Shown: positions 17,066 to 26,588 of the stretch, piece after piece
Layout of the letters: the number at the start of each line of letters is the position of its first letter
Position numbering within the stretch: position 1 is the stretch's first letter
Virus record (IMG/VR): IMGVR_UViG_3300007352_000001
Location: 177,427 to 241,426 of that record
Length of the DNA: 64,000 nt
Direction: 5' to 3' (one strand)
Program-made: the position numbers and the translations under genes
The notes under the pieces: model-generated
The model's input: only the letters and a program-made list of their open reading frames with translations
What the model was told of the DNA's origin: nothing
Databases searched by the model: none

Positions 17066-17437
17066 GTGGCTGTGGATGCGGTAGATGTGGAGGGGCGGCT
17101 GTACGTGCAGATGCAACGTGCCGCCAGGCTCGCGCGACGCGCGTGGCCAGAGGAACAGGACCGACCGGTCGAGGGGCTTTGCAAAGAGCTTCTCGCACAC
17201 CTGCTCGAAGAAGGCGGCGAACTCGCCGGGGCGATTCGCAGCTATCACGGCCGGCGTCTGCGGCCGGAGGTGAGCGGCTCGCACAAAGAAGTCACGCTGG
17301 AGATGGGCGACGTGCTGATCGTGTGCTTGCGCATCGCGTTTCTGCAGCAGGTGGATCCATACTTGGCCATCGACTTGAGCCTCGACAAGTTCGAGCGCCG
17401 GGTCGAAGCACTCGAACGTACGCTGGCAGGAGGGTGA
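17066..17437 (+). CDS. MazG-like nucleotide pyrophosphohydrolase
   Basis: LLEEGGELAGAI...EMGDVL (EExxE...ExxD). Confidence 0.75.
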   Translation: MAVDAVDVEGRLYVQMQRAARLARRAWPEEQDRPVEGLCKELLAHLLEEGGELAGAIRSYHGRRLRPEVSGSHKEVTLEMGDVLIVCLRIAFLQQVDPYLAIDLSLDKFERRVEALERTLAGG

Positions 17438-17438
17438 G

Positions 17439-17798
17439 ATGGGGATGGATGTGGAGGGGTACGAAGAGCTGCGCGCAGTCCTCGAAGGTGCCTACGATCA
17501 GGCCGCGCGCGGCAAGGGGAAGGAGCGGCACGCTGGTGGGCAAGTCTACACCAGACAGCCGATCTTGATGATCCCGGCACTGATCGCCGACGAGACCGAC
17601 GACAGCTTGCGCTATCAGGCGATCAAGAAGCTGACCGAGTCGAAGCGGCTCCCAACCGAGCGTGCGATTGCCGAGTGCTACGGCGCCATCATCTACACGG
17701 CGACCATGATCATGCGCATGAAGGACCGGCTCCTACCAGTCCAGGACACGGTCGCACCTTCCCGGCCGCGAGTCTCTAGGAAACGCCGCGCGGCGTAG
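17439..17798 (+). CDS. conserved phage hypothetical protein
   Basis: AYDQAARGKGKERHA...QAIKK..ES pattern. Confidence 0.7.
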   Translation: MGMDVEGYEELRAVLEGAYDQAARGKGKERHAGGQVYTRQPILMIPALIADETDDSLRYQAIKKLTESKRLPTERAIAECYGAIIYTATMIMRMKDRLLPVQDTVAPSRPRVSRKRRAA

Positions 17799-17805
17799 AA
17801 GCGCA

Positions 17806-17835
17806 TTGACGCTTTTTCAAGATCTATGCTAGCGT
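17806..17835 (+). promoter_or_regulatory. putative sigma70-type promoter
   Basis: TTGACG-N15-TGC-TAGCGT (extended -10). Confidence 0.45.
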
Positions 17836-17843
17836 TCGCCGGC

Positions 17844-18074
17844 ATGGATCTGGTGTTGTCCTACCTGTTCACGGGCGCGGTCGTCGGCGTCGTCCAGTGG
17901 CCGTACGTCGAGCTACTGGCCGACGAGGCGATCCGTGCCCGGAACGCTGCACCGCAGCTGCGCCGGCCACTTCTGGTCGTGACCTTCACCTTGGTCGTCA
18001 TCTTCTGGCTTCCGGCCGGCCTTTGGTACGTCTACCGGCGCGTTGGCACGCTCCTCGCACGTTTGCACCGGTAG
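17844..18074 (+). CDS. small membrane protein
   Basis: two hydrophobic segments. Confidence 0.55.
   Translation: MDLVLSYLFTGAVVGVVQWPYVELLADEAIRARNAAPQLRRPLLVVTFTLVVIFWLPAGLWYVYRRVGTLLARLHR
18044..18072 (+). promoter_or_regulatory. sigma54-like repeated promoter element, copy 5
   Basis: TGGCAC-GCTCC-TCGCA-CGTTTGCACCGGT, followed by an SD-containing leader to ATG 18109. Confidence 0.7.
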
Positions 18075-18108
18075 GCAGATCAACCCAACTGAGGGAGGTA
18101 TTGAGGTT

Positions 18109-18693
18109 ATGGCACTGGTGAATACCCGCAGGGCGGTCGCAGAGCAGCGGACGTTCTCGAAGCGCTTGCTCGACGCGGCGCGTGAGTGCGCCCGGCTCTC
18201 GCACCTGAAGCACTTCTTCGAGGATCGGCACGACGCGGCCAAGACCGTCCTGTTCGCTGCTGTCGAGGCCGAGCCGGGCGTGGTCGTCGGGCCGGGCAAC
18301 TCCCTCGGCAAGAAGCAGGGCTTCGAGTTGGGCTCGATTCAGCGCAACGAGAAGTACACCTACAAGCTCGACAGCGACGCGCTGTTCGACGCGGTCAAGC
18401 GCGGCAAGATCTCGAAGGCGGACTTCGGGGCGTTGGTCAGCGGCGTGAACTCCGAGCTGTGCGCGCAGCTGTTCAACGGCGACACGCTACCGGTCATCCT
18501 CACCAAGGAACAAGAGAAGGATGACAAGGGGAATCCGCTGACGATCGACAAGTTCGTCCCAAGCACGCTGGCGCTCGCGCCGTTCATCGCGTTGGCCGAC
18601 GACATCACGCGTGTGGACGACGAGATCTTCGCGCCGCTGCTCCTGCCCGACCTGCACGTGGCGCCGAAGCGTAAGAAGGCGGCGGCGTCGTAA
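18109..18693 (+). CDS. hypothetical protein
   Basis: GAGGT SD; followed by terminator-like hairpin. Confidence 0.75.
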   Translation: MALVNTRRAVAEQRTFSKRLLDAARECARLSHLKHFFEDRHDAAKTVLFAAVEAEPGVVVGPGNSLGKKQGFELGSIQRNEKYTYKLDSDALFDAVKRGKISKADFGALVSGVNSELCAQLFNGDTLPVILTKEQEKDDKGNPLTIDKFVPSTLALAPFIALADDITRVDDEIFAPLLLPDLHVAPKRKKAAAS

Positions 18694-18710
18694 GACGACC
18701 GCGGTCACAG

Positions 18711-18750
18711 CCGCACCGCCAGTCGGTTCCCCCTACTGGCGGTGCGGTTT
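18711..18750 (+). terminator. putative intrinsic terminator
   Basis: CCGCACCGCCAGT-loop-ACTGGCGGTGCGG-TTT, 13-bp stem. Confidence 0.6.
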
Positions 18751-18768
18751 CCTGGGGGAGGTGTGGGG

Positions 18769-19026
18769 ATGCTGCGGAAGCAGGTTCGAGTCGGCCGGAC
18801 CGTGGTCACCATGGTGTTCGACACCGTCACGCAATGCTGGTGGTCTGATCAACAACAGATTCCCACTGCCGCAGAACGCATTTCCGCTCGTTTGCGCGGC
18901 GAGGGTACGTACAAGGCAGGCATGCTCCGTGCCGGCAGCGAGCCTGAGAAGCGAGCCCCGATCGCGAAGCCTGGCACGTACCATCGCCGGCTGCACATGT
19001 ACAAACCGCGTGTGCGCCGTCGATGA
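18769..19026 (+). CDS. basic hypothetical protein
   Basis: GGAGG SD; coupled to next gene. Confidence 0.55.
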   Translation: MLRKQVRVGRTVVTMVFDTVTQCWWSDQQQIPTAAERISARLRGEGTYKAGMLRAGSEPEKRAPIAKPGTYHRRLHMYKPRVRRR

Positions 19027-19781
19027 TCATCAACGACCGTATCGTTCGGCGGAAGTTGCTGGACATCGCTTGGAGTGTGCTCGATGCCACCCAGGCGCGC
19101 CCTACGTGGCCTCCAGAAGTCCAGCCGATCAGCCAGGTGTTCAGCCGCTCGTACTTCGTCGGCCGTGTCTTCGAGGATCTCGATGTCTGCCACGCCTGCC
19201 AGGTGGCGCGCTCAACGCCGTGCTGGCTCGATCAGCGCGACCAGAAGTGCACCGGCAGTGTCTGTTGCGGCCTGTGTCTCTCGGCGAGCTACTTGGTGCA
19301 GGTCAACACCGAGCTGGCCGCGGTGCCGGCTGGTGCGTTGCCGGCGGAACGCTCCGACGGAGTCGGCTACCATCTGGGCCAGTGGTGGTGGCTCACCAGG
19401 CGCACGCAGAATCAGTACGTGTGGGCGGTCGAGCCTGCCGATGGGACGACGCTGCGCGTCCCGAAGATCAAGCGCACGCTGACGGTGATCGAGCAGTTGC
19501 GCGGGCCGGGCGGCGGTGGGGCACTCACCTGGAAGCTGTGCGACGCGCAGCATGCCCGTCTGGCGAACGACTCGGACCTTTTTTGCGGAGCGCAGCACTA
19601 CGCCAAGGGCGGGTGCCCGATCAGCATGGTGACGCCCGATCTCAAGAACGTCGAGACCGTTTTGGCAGCTCAGGCCGAGTCGATCGTGACGCGATGCACC
19701 GACTTCGTTCGGCAGGTCAGTATCGCCAACTTCTCCCGGCTCAAGTACCAGGCCAATCTTTTCGTCACACCCCAGGTCTGA
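19023..19781 (+). CDS. Cys-rich hypothetical protein
   Basis: CHAC and CCGLC motifs. Confidence 0.65.
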   Translation: MIINDRIVRRKLLDIAWSVLDATQARPTWPPEVQPISQVFSRSYFVGRVFEDLDVCHACQVARSTPCWLDQRDQKCTGSVCCGLCLSASYLVQVNTELAAVPAGALPAERSDGVGYHLGQWWWLTRRTQNQYVWAVEPADGTTLRVPKIKRTLTVIEQLRGPGGGGALTWKLCDAQHARLANDSDLFCGAQHYAKGGCPISMVTPDLKNVETVLAAQAESIVTRCTDFVRQVSIANFSRLKYQANLFVTPQV

Positions 19782-19783
19782 TC

Positions 19784-19812
19784 TGGCACAGATCTCGCAC
19801 CTTTGTCCCGGT
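19784..19812 (+). promoter_or_regulatory. sigma54-like repeated promoter element, copy 6
   Basis: TGGCAC-AGATC-TCGCA-CCTTTGTCCCGGT-ATG of ardC. Confidence 0.78.
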
Positions 19813-20760
19813 ATGAGCAACGCTGACGTGTACAAGAAGGTGACCGAGCGGGTCGTGGGCCTGCTCGAACAGGGAACGGTGCCGTGGCACAAGCCGTGGG
19901 TCGGCGGGCAGCGAGGCCTGCCCCGCAACCTGATCTCGAAGCGGCCGTACCACGGCTGCAACGTGTTCTTCCTCGCCGTGCAGCAGTACGAGTCGCCCTA
20001 CTGGCTGACCTTCCACCAGCTCAAGCAGCTCGCCGGCTGCGACCAGCCCTTCTGCAAGAAGCCGCACGAGCACGGGCTCGTGATCAAGGGCGAGAAGGGT
20101 ACCCCGATCGTGTTCTGGCGGACGCGGCAGTTCACGCAGGTCAACCAGGCGACGGGCGAGGATGAGACGGTCAACGTGCCGCTGGCGCGCATCTACACCG
20201 TCTTCAACGTCGCGCAGGTGACCGGCATCGAGGACAAGCTGCCCGATCGCGCCGCGCTGCCAGACAACGACCTCGCCCCGCTCGACGCGTGCGAGCGCAT
20301 CATCCACAACATGCCACAGCGCCCGGAGATTCGGCACCAGGAGCAGCGCGCGTACTACCGACCGCTTGCCGACTTCGTGAACCTGCCGCTCTTCGACACG
20401 TTCGAGTCGGCCGAGGCCTACTACTCGACGGCCTACCACGAGCTGGGCCACGCGACCGGTCACAAGTCGCGGTTGAACCGCGCGACGTTGAACGACCTCG
20501 TCGACTTCGGCGACACGAACTACTCGCAGGAGGAACTGGTCGCTGAGTTCACCGCGGCCTTTCTCTGCGGCATCGCCGGCATCGAGAACACGACGGTCAA
20601 CACGTCCGCGGCCTACCTGAAGGGCTGGATCAGTCGACTGCAGGCGGATCCGCAGCTGCTGACGCGCGCAGCGTCGCAGGCGCAGGCTGCCGCCGACTAC
20701 ATCTTGCACGTGCAGCCCGAGCAGGCGGTGGAGGGGGAGTCGGATGCCGTCGCGGAATAG
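19813..20760 (+). CDS. ardC: ArdC-family antirestriction/ssDNA-binding protein (DUF1738 plus zincin-like domain)
   Basis: GTVPWHKPW, PRN..S.RPY.G.N, WLTF.Q, KGEKG, VFNVAQ, HELGHATGH, YSQEELVAE, SAAYL.GW. Confidence 0.92.
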   Translation: MSNADVYKKVTERVVGLLEQGTVPWHKPWVGGQRGLPRNLISKRPYHGCNVFFLAVQQYESPYWLTFHQLKQLAGCDQPFCKKPHEHGLVIKGEKGTPIVFWRTRQFTQVNQATGEDETVNVPLARIYTVFNVAQVTGIEDKLPDRAALPDNDLAPLDACERIIHNMPQRPEIRHQEQRAYYRPLADFVNLPLFDTFESAEAYYSTAYHELGHATGHKSRLNRATLNDLVDFGDTNYSQEELVAEFTAAFLCGIAGIENTTVNTSAAYLKGWISRLQADPQLLTRAASQAQAAADYILHVQPEQAVEGESDAVAE

Positions 20761-21076
20761 CACGGCGAAGGACCTGGTCACGCTCTCGTTCCGTGCGCTC
20801 GTTGCGCGCGTCAACGAGCGTGTACGCCTCTCCGAAGCGGATCTGCTCGGCGCCGCACAGCGCGTGAACGCCACCAATGTCGTGCTCTGCGAGAACATCG
20901 ACATCAAGAGCCGCATCTTTGGTGAGCGCGCGGTCGTGCTGGTCGGTGGAGAAGCGCCATACGCCGACGTCGACGCGGTGAAGCCGTTGCTGCGGACGGT
21001 GAGGGGTGTCTCGTGCACGCTGGTGCCGCGATACACCGCCACCGTTCCGCTCAACCGCACCGAGAGGCACGCATGA
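20744..21076 (+). CDS. hypothetical protein
   Basis: SD, coupled. Confidence 0.6.
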   Translation: MPSRNSTAKDLVTLSFRALVARVNERVRLSEADLLGAAQRVNATNVVLCENIDIKSRIFGERAVVLVGGEAPYADVDAVKPLLRTVRGVSCTLVPRYTATVPLNRTERHA

Positions 21077-21357
21077 AGCGCCCGCTCGCGACGCGGACAC
21101 GCCGCCCGCCGTTGGCCGGCCCGTTCGCCGTGCTCATCGTCCCCGAAGAGAAGTTCATCCTGACTCAGGATGTGGTCCCGCCGGTGCCAGTGCATCCGCG
21201 CTCGCACCGGCTCACGCAGCTGCCAGTGGTGGCGTCGCTCACGAGCGAGCAGGCTGCGCTGTGCGTCTGGGCGTTCCCCAAAGGTGGACTCGCCGACGTC
21301 GCTAAGCGATTGCGTCAGCTCGCTGCGGTGCTCGAAGGTACTCAGGAGCTGCTCTAG
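21073..21357 (+). CDS. hypothetical protein
   Basis: ATGA coupling. Confidence 0.55.
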   Translation: MKRPLATRTRRPPLAGPFAVLIVPEEKFILTQDVVPPVPVHPRSHRLTQLPVVASLTSEQAALCVWAFPKGGLADVAKRLRQLAAVLEGTQELL

Positions 21358-21386
21358 GCACGGCATTCGCATGTCTGTGCCGATAG
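21356..21386 (+). promoter_or_regulatory. sigma54-like repeated promoter element, degenerate copy 7
   Basis: AGGCAC-GGCAT-TCGCA-TGTCTGTGCCGAT-AG. Confidence 0.55.
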
Positions 21387-21408
21387 AGAAAGGACCACAT
21401 GGTGCACG

Positions 21409-21597
21409 ATGGACTCAGAGTGGATCGGAATCCGGCATTTGCTGGGAGGTACGTTCTCGCCATTGTGCGGAGACTTCCCAGGTTTCATCACAGGCAAAGT
21501 CGCCAACTGCAACTGCCCGACGTGCCTCTCGTTGTGGGATGCACGGGGCGGCGCCAGGCACTTGACGGCCGATGACGTCGAGATTGTGGGTCACTAG
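21409..21597 (+). CDS. small zinc-binding hypothetical protein
   Basis: H...LCG...CNCPTC. Confidence 0.5.
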   Translation: MDSEWIGIRHLLGGTFSPLCGDFPGFITGKVANCNCPTCLSLWDARGGARHLTADDVEIVGH

Positions 21598-21606
21598 GAG
21601 GATCAC

Positions 21607-22149
21607 ATGACCAAGATCGGACGAGGGTTGATCACGGCACTCGCAGTGATCGCGTTGCTCTGCGCGGTGGAGTCGGCGCAGGCGCAGCGTCACGGACGGA
21701 ACGGCAACCAGACGTTCACGTTCAACCAGAACTACAGCTACGGGCCGAACAACAACGGCCGCGACCTCGGCTACGCGAATCTCGGGCTCACCGCGTTCCT
21801 CGCGCTCCTCGACTCCGGCACCGGCGTTCGCCAGAACGGCGTGCCGGCGCCTGGCTACGACACCTACCCCGGTGGTGGTGTCGGCGGGGCCTGGGCCGGT
21901 GGTGTGGTCGTCGGCGGGGCACCCGTCGTCGTGACCGGTGTCGGACCGGTTGTGGTCTGTGACAACCCGAGCTGGTGCACGTGGCCGTCGCCGCTCGGAC
22001 CTGGTCCGGGCTCCAACGGCTTCGCGGCCGGCGTGCGGGCCGGTCAGCAGATCGCGCGTGAGCGGCGCATCGCCGGCTCGGTCGCCTACCACCAGAACTA
22101 CGCGGCCGGCTTGGAGCTGGGCGCGGCCGGGGGTGCGTACGCGCCGTGA
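21607..22149 (+). CDS. Gly-rich secreted protein
   Basis: AGGAGG SD; signal peptide ending AQA; GV-rich. Confidence 0.7.
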   Translation: MTKIGRGLITALAVIALLCAVESAQAQRHGRNGNQTFTFNQNYSYGPNNNGRDLGYANLGLTAFLALLDSGTGVRQNGVPAPGYDTYPGGGVGGAWAGGVVVGGAPVVVTGVGPVVVCDNPSWCTWPSPLGPGPGSNGFAAGVRAGQQIARERRIAGSVAYHQNYAAGLELGAAGGAYAP

Positions 22150-22448
22150 CCTCGCCGGCTCCCACTCGGCGCCGGTCCGGACTCGCAGGTGATGTCCGGG
22201 CCGGCACCCTCGGTTCACTGATAGCCAGCGCAGTGGTGGTGCTTGCACTCCTCTGCGCTGGCCACGTGTTGGCCGCGGCGTTCGCGGCCGTGTGCGCGTA
22301 CATCGGGTACCGCATTGCCCGATGGATCTTCGTCGACATCGTCGCGCCGGTGGTGGAGACCACCGCGCGCATTATCACACGAGCTGCAGGAGGAGGGGTG
22401 GCTGATGGGAGCGAAGTGGTACGGAACAGCGAAGAGCGCGCAGACTAA
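22146..22448 (+). CDS. membrane protein
   Basis: hydrophobic segments; GTGA coupling. Confidence 0.5.
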   Translation: MTSPAPTRRRSGLAGDVRAGTLGSLIASAVVVLALLCAGHVLAAAFAAVCAYIGYRIARWIFVDIVAPVVETTARIITRAAGGGVADGSEVVRNSEERAD

Positions 22449-22851
22449 CCTGCTCGCGCTTTATCGCTACGAACAAGGCGACGATGACACCGTCCAGGCA
22501 CACAAGATCGAGACGCGTGGCCTCGACACTGACCGAGTGGGGCACCGTGCTACCGCGGACGTCGCCAACGCCAAGGTGCTCGCGTTGGCGATTCTCCACG
22601 ATCTGCTCAACGAGGATCCACAGGAGTACCCGCACACGCGTGCGACGCCCCTGGCCGAACAACTGTACGCGACGTTCTGGGGCACGCAGCTCGAACGGCT
22701 GCACGTAACGCAGGACGAGCTATGGGAGTGGGTGCGATCACAAGGCGAAGCGGGCGGGCCGTTGCGTGTCGGCGACTCGTCCGTGCCGGATGGCACGCCG
22801 TCGACCCCGCGCGCCATCGTGCGCATCACGACCGAGAAGGTGTCGCGATGA
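22405..22851 (+). CDS. hypothetical protein
   Basis: GGAGG SD. Confidence 0.6.
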   Translation: MGAKWYGTAKSAQTNLLALYRYEQGDDDTVQAHKIETRGLDTDRVGHRATADVANAKVLALAILHDLLNEDPQEYPHTRATPLAEQLYATFWGTQLERLHVTQDELWEWVRSQGEAGGPLRVGDSSVPDGTPSTPRAIVRITTEKVSR

Positions 22852-23570
22852 TCACCAGCGTCGCGAACCTCCGGTACGGCGCTACGTACGACGTCTACTG
22901 CGGGCGGGCGATGCCGGACCGCAACCTGCCAGAATCACCGTGGGCCAACCCGTTCCGCATCGGATCGGACGGCGACCGTGACGAGGTGATCCGCAAGCAT
23001 CGTGTCTGGCTCTTCGAGCACCCCCAGCTCGCCGCGCGCGTGAAGGAAGAGCTGTACGGCAAGATCCTCGGCTGCTGGTGCGCTCCGCAGCGCTGTCACT
23101 GCGACACCTATGTCGAGCTAGCTGAGGCACACGAGATCCTGATTTCTGGCGGACGCGAGTGGGTCAACGACACGATCATCCGCAAGGCGCTCGCGCGTGT
23201 TCCGGCTGGTACGATCATCATCCACGGCGGGCAGCGCGGCGCTGACACCGTCGCCGATCGCGTCGCCAAGGAACTCGGATTCGACACGATTGCGTTCCCG
23301 GCCTGGGGAGCTGGGGCTGACCAGCGACTGGCGCGGTCCGGCAAGGGTGCCGGGAATCTTCGCAACCTCCGCATGCTGCTGCGCTCCCCAAAGCGCGTGC
23401 TCGCGTTCCATGACGATCTCGAAAACCAAAGCCGCGGTACCAAGCACTGCGTCACTGCGGCGCAGTTCGCCGGCATCACCGTCGAGCTGTTCACCTCAAC
23501 CGGCGCGGAGATTTTGCTCACGCCGTTCAGTCGAGAGGAGAGTCTCAATGCGCTCGCTTCTACTCAGTAG
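22848..23570 (+). CDS. DUF4326 plus SLOG (YspA/DUF2493-like) fusion protein
   Basis: YCGR..SPWANPF...LGCWCAP..CH.D, then ILISGGR..IIHGG.RGAD..RN..M..VLAF..S.GT. Confidence 0.8.
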   Translation: MITSVANLRYGATYDVYCGRAMPDRNLPESPWANPFRIGSDGDRDEVIRKHRVWLFEHPQLAARVKEELYGKILGCWCAPQRCHCDTYVELAEAHEILISGGREWVNDTIIRKALARVPAGTIIIHGGQRGADTVADRVAKELGFDTIAFPAWGAGADQRLARSGKGAGNLRNLRMLLRSPKRVLAFHDDLENQSRGTKHCVTAAQFAGITVELFTSTGAEILLTPFSREESLNALASTQ

Positions 23571-23823
23571 TCTCACCATCCTGCTGACGTCGACGGCGGC
23601 GCTGGCGGGCAGTGTCACCTTCGAGAACGTGCCCGGCACCGAGAACTACCAGGTGCGCAACCAGCTCGGGCAGATCCAAGGGACGCTCGAACGGCAGTAC
23701 GATCCGAACGCCCGCGCCTACCGCTTCCGCGACGGGTCGAACGGCCAGCTCTCGGACTGGAAGCTGGAGGACAAGGGCGGCAAGACCGTGCTCGTGCCGA
23801 GCCCGTTCCGCCCACACAACTGA
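23548..23823 (+). CDS. small secreted protein
   Basis: signal peptide MRSLLLSSLTILLTSTAALA. Confidence 0.65.
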   Translation: MRSLLLSSLTILLTSTAALAGSVTFENVPGTENYQVRNQLGQIQGTLERQYDPNARAYRFRDGSNGQLSDWKLEDKGGKTVLVPSPFRPHN

Positions 23824-23885
23824 ACCTTGCAATCGCGGACATACTGTGAAAACTTCTGCGCCCGTGAGTCAGGTGAGGGTGCAAG

Positions 23886-24476
23886 ATGCGGCTGCTTGAG
23901 GATACGGATCGTCCCCACGTCATGTTCGACTTGGAGGCGCTCGGCAACCCGCCGCAGGGCGCGATCGTCGCCATCGGGGCGTGCAAGTTCCGCATGTTCG
24001 GCGACGGGCCAGAAGGCGAGCCGTTCTATGCCACGATCAAGCCAGACTCGTGCGTCAAATACGGACTGCGCCTCGACCCGAGCAACATCAACTTCTGGCT
24101 GAAGCAGCCAGATGAGGCACGCCTCGCGCTGTTCCAGCCGCCGCAGCGCTCGCTGCTCGACGTCCTGATTGACTTCCGCACGTGGTACGAGGGCTCAGCA
24201 ACAATCTGGTCGCACGTGACGTTCGACAGCCGTCTGCTCGACGATGCGTTCGATGCAGTCGACCGGCAGTTTCCGTACTCAAAGCGTGACCATCGCGACC
24301 TGCGCACGCTGTTCGACCTCGCCTACGGCTACGGCAAGCAGCCGCGCAAGGTCATGCCGGAAGCGGTGCGTCACCACGCGCTGCACGACGCCACCAAGCA
24401 AGTCTACCAAGTCCAGGCAGCGCTCAAAGTGCTGCGCGGCGATCCGGAACCGAGGAGGGCAGATGGCGACCAATGA
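23886..24476 (+). CDS. DEDDh 3'-5' exonuclease (exonuclease VIII/RNase AS-like)
   Basis: HVMFDLEALG, IVAIGA, FD..LL, RDLRT, HHALHDA..Q. Confidence 0.88.
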   Translation: MRLLEDTDRPHVMFDLEALGNPPQGAIVAIGACKFRMFGDGPEGEPFYATIKPDSCVKYGLRLDPSNINFWLKQPDEARLALFQPPQRSLLDVLIDFRTWYEGSATIWSHVTFDSRLLDDAFDAVDRQFPYSKRDHRDLRTLFDLAYGYGKQPRKVMPEAVRHHALHDATKQVYQVQAALKVLRGDPEPRRADGDQ

Positions 24477-24957
24477 CGTGCCGGGCGCGAACCCGGCGAA
24501 CAACGACACTTTGCACGAAGGGTGTTGGGCCGAGCACGAGGACGGCTCACTAATCCTCGTGCAGGGCATGCAGCCCGAGGACAACCGCGTCATCTTCTCG
24601 GTGTTCGATCTCGCCAAGGGCTTGGAGTACCGCACGGCGATGCCGGAGAACAACTTCAAGAGCCGCTTCTCGTGGAAGCCGAGCGATCCGAAGTCGGCGA
24701 AGTGGACCTGGCACGACAAGACCGCCTTTCCGTGGGATCGCATCATGCAGTCCTTCCCGCCCGGCGAGCGCCCACCGTTCGCTGAGCACACGATCTCACA
24801 GGCCGAGCGCGTGAAGCGAGATCTGCGCCGCCGCGGGATCGAGGTGAAAGAGAGCAAGCTCGCGGACGTCGGCAGCGTGGCGTACGAGCGCACGACCAGC
24901 GTGATCGCCATCATCGGTGACAAGATCACCCGCGCGTTCAACGAGCTGCGCAAGTAG
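24463..24957 (+). CDS. hypothetical protein
   Basis: GAGGAGG SD. Confidence 0.7.
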   Translation: MATNDVPGANPANNDTLHEGCWAEHEDGSLILVQGMQPEDNRVIFSVFDLAKGLEYRTAMPENNFKSRFSWKPSDPKSAKWTWHDKTAFPWDRIMQSFPPGERPPFAEHTISQAERVKRDLRRRGIEVKESKLADVGSVAYERTTSVIAIIGDKITRAFNELRK

Positions 24958-24961
24958 GCCG

Positions 24962-25321
24962 ATGGCGCGTGGCAAGAAAGCAGAGGCTGCGGCCGAGGCC
25001 TCGATCCCCGAACCACCGGCGCCACCGCCCAGCTCGAACGTGCGGACGGACATGTACTGTACCGAGTGCAGCAAGCGGTTCATTGCAAAGCTCGATCTCG
25101 GGCTCGACGGCAACCACGTGATCGAGTGCCCGTGGTGTGGGCACGAGCACTGTCGCGTGGTGAAGGACGGCAAGGTCACCGAAGATCGCTGGAGTACTCG
25201 CGCACAGAACACCCACCGCGTCGAGCGTCGGCACGTCTGGAAGCACGACTCGCTGCCGGCGCAGACCTCCTCGGCCTCGTGGTTCATTCACGAGATGTGG
25301 CTCGATCGGATGACGCAATGA
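24962..25321 (+). CDS. zinc-ribbon protein
   Basis: CTEC...CPWCGHEH. Confidence 0.65.
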   Translation: MARGKKAEAAAEASIPEPPAPPPSSNVRTDMYCTECSKRFIAKLDLGLDGNHVIECPWCGHEHCRVVKDGKVTEDRWSTRAQNTHRVERRHVWKHDSLPAQTSSASWFIHEMWLDRMTQ

Positions 25322-26091
25322 TGATCGACAACAAGGGATGGGGCTGGACGGACGACGATGATGACGGTGGCACCGGCTGCCGGCACAGCAACAGGAAACA
25401 CGGGTGGATCACGCAGATGTGGCCAGACTCGGGGACCTACAACAATCAGCCAACGACGCAGACCTCCGGCAACTACTATCGGTTCGTGCTGAACTCGATC
25501 ACATCGGCGACGAACAACTCGATGACGGTACAGTACGGCGGTCTGCAGCAGACACAGATTCAGTACGTGTCGCCGCGCATGCAATGGACCACTGGCATCA
25601 GGGAAGTGCCGGCGCGTGGTCGCAATGACCACATGAAGCTCGAAGCCGGTGAGAAGATGCGGATCGAGCTGCCCGACGGCGCAGTGCTCGTCGTTGAGGA
25701 GAGCGGGGCGTACACCTTGGTCGACAAGGACGCGAAGCTCACCTACAGGGCCAACCGCATCCGCGACTGGAACCCGTACCTGAACGCATCGGATCTGCTC
25801 GCCGAGTTCGTGCAGTATCTCGGCTCGCTCGGACTCTCGCGCAGCGATGCGAAGGCGATCCCCATCGAGCTGTTCATCAACTGGTTGGTGATCGAGGCCG
25901 CACGGGTGGATGGCGAAGAGGCGCCGCCGGACGTGCGAGTGCTTGACCACCCAGCGCTGCCAGCGCCGACCAACCCTCGCTGGAACATGCGCTGCATCCA
26001 GTGCCGGCGCTTCATCCCGCGCCGGCTTGCCGAGAAGCAGATCATGGTCTGCAGCCCGGAGCACATGCAAAGGTTCCTGGAGGCGGCGTGA
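25318..26091 (+). CDS. hypothetical protein with C-terminal zinc finger
   Basis: CIQC...CS..H; coupled. Confidence 0.65.
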   Translation: MMIDNKGWGWTDDDDDGGTGCRHSNRKHGWITQMWPDSGTYNNQPTTQTSGNYYRFVLNSITSATNNSMTVQYGGLQQTQIQYVSPRMQWTTGIREVPARGRNDHMKLEAGEKMRIELPDGAVLVVEESGAYTLVDKDAKLTYRANRIRDWNPYLNASDLLAEFVQYLGSLGLSRSDAKAIPIELFINWLVIEAARVDGEEAPPDVRVLDHPALPAPTNPRWNMRCIQCRRFIPRRLAEKQIMVCSPEHMQRFLEAA

Positions 26092-26588
26092 AGCGGAAGG
26101 ATGCGCTGCGACTGCTTGACTTGGTCGAGGTCACCATCGACGGCCAGCAGCACGTGATGCCGCGGGTGTTCAACGAGGTCTGCGTCGTGAACGCACTGCC
26201 CACCGACGATCTGCGATCGTATGTTGGCGCGCACAGTACGCCACCGTACCCGTCGCATCCCGAGCCACGTATTAGGGAACTCGCCCGTGGCGTTGTCGAA
26301 GGTCGCGTGTTCTGCGATCGCATGGTCTGCGATCGCGGCAATCTCGACATGATCTTCATGCCGCTTGTGTTCGATACCGCGATCGCGCGAGCCAGGCTCG
26401 TGATGCGCGGTGGCGCATTGTACGCCAACATGACCGACACGCTGGGCTCGTACGGCGTCAACGGCTACCCGACCTTTCACACGGTTGGCATTATGAACCG
26501 CGAGGATGGTGAACGGTTCTACCGACTCATCGAGTCGATGCAGGAGACTTTGCGCGCCATGGAGAGCGCGCCACTTGAGGGAGGATGA
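26088..26588 (+). CDS. hypothetical protein
   Basis: GGAGG SD, GTGA coupling. Confidence 0.6.
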   Translation: MKRKDALRLLDLVEVTIDGQQHVMPRVFNEVCVVNALPTDDLRSYVGAHSTPPYPSHPEPRIRELARGVVEGRVFCDRMVCDRGNLDMIFMPLVFDTAIARARLVMRGGALYANMTDTLGSYGVNGYPTFHTVGIMNREDGERFYRLIESMQETLRAMESAPLEGG

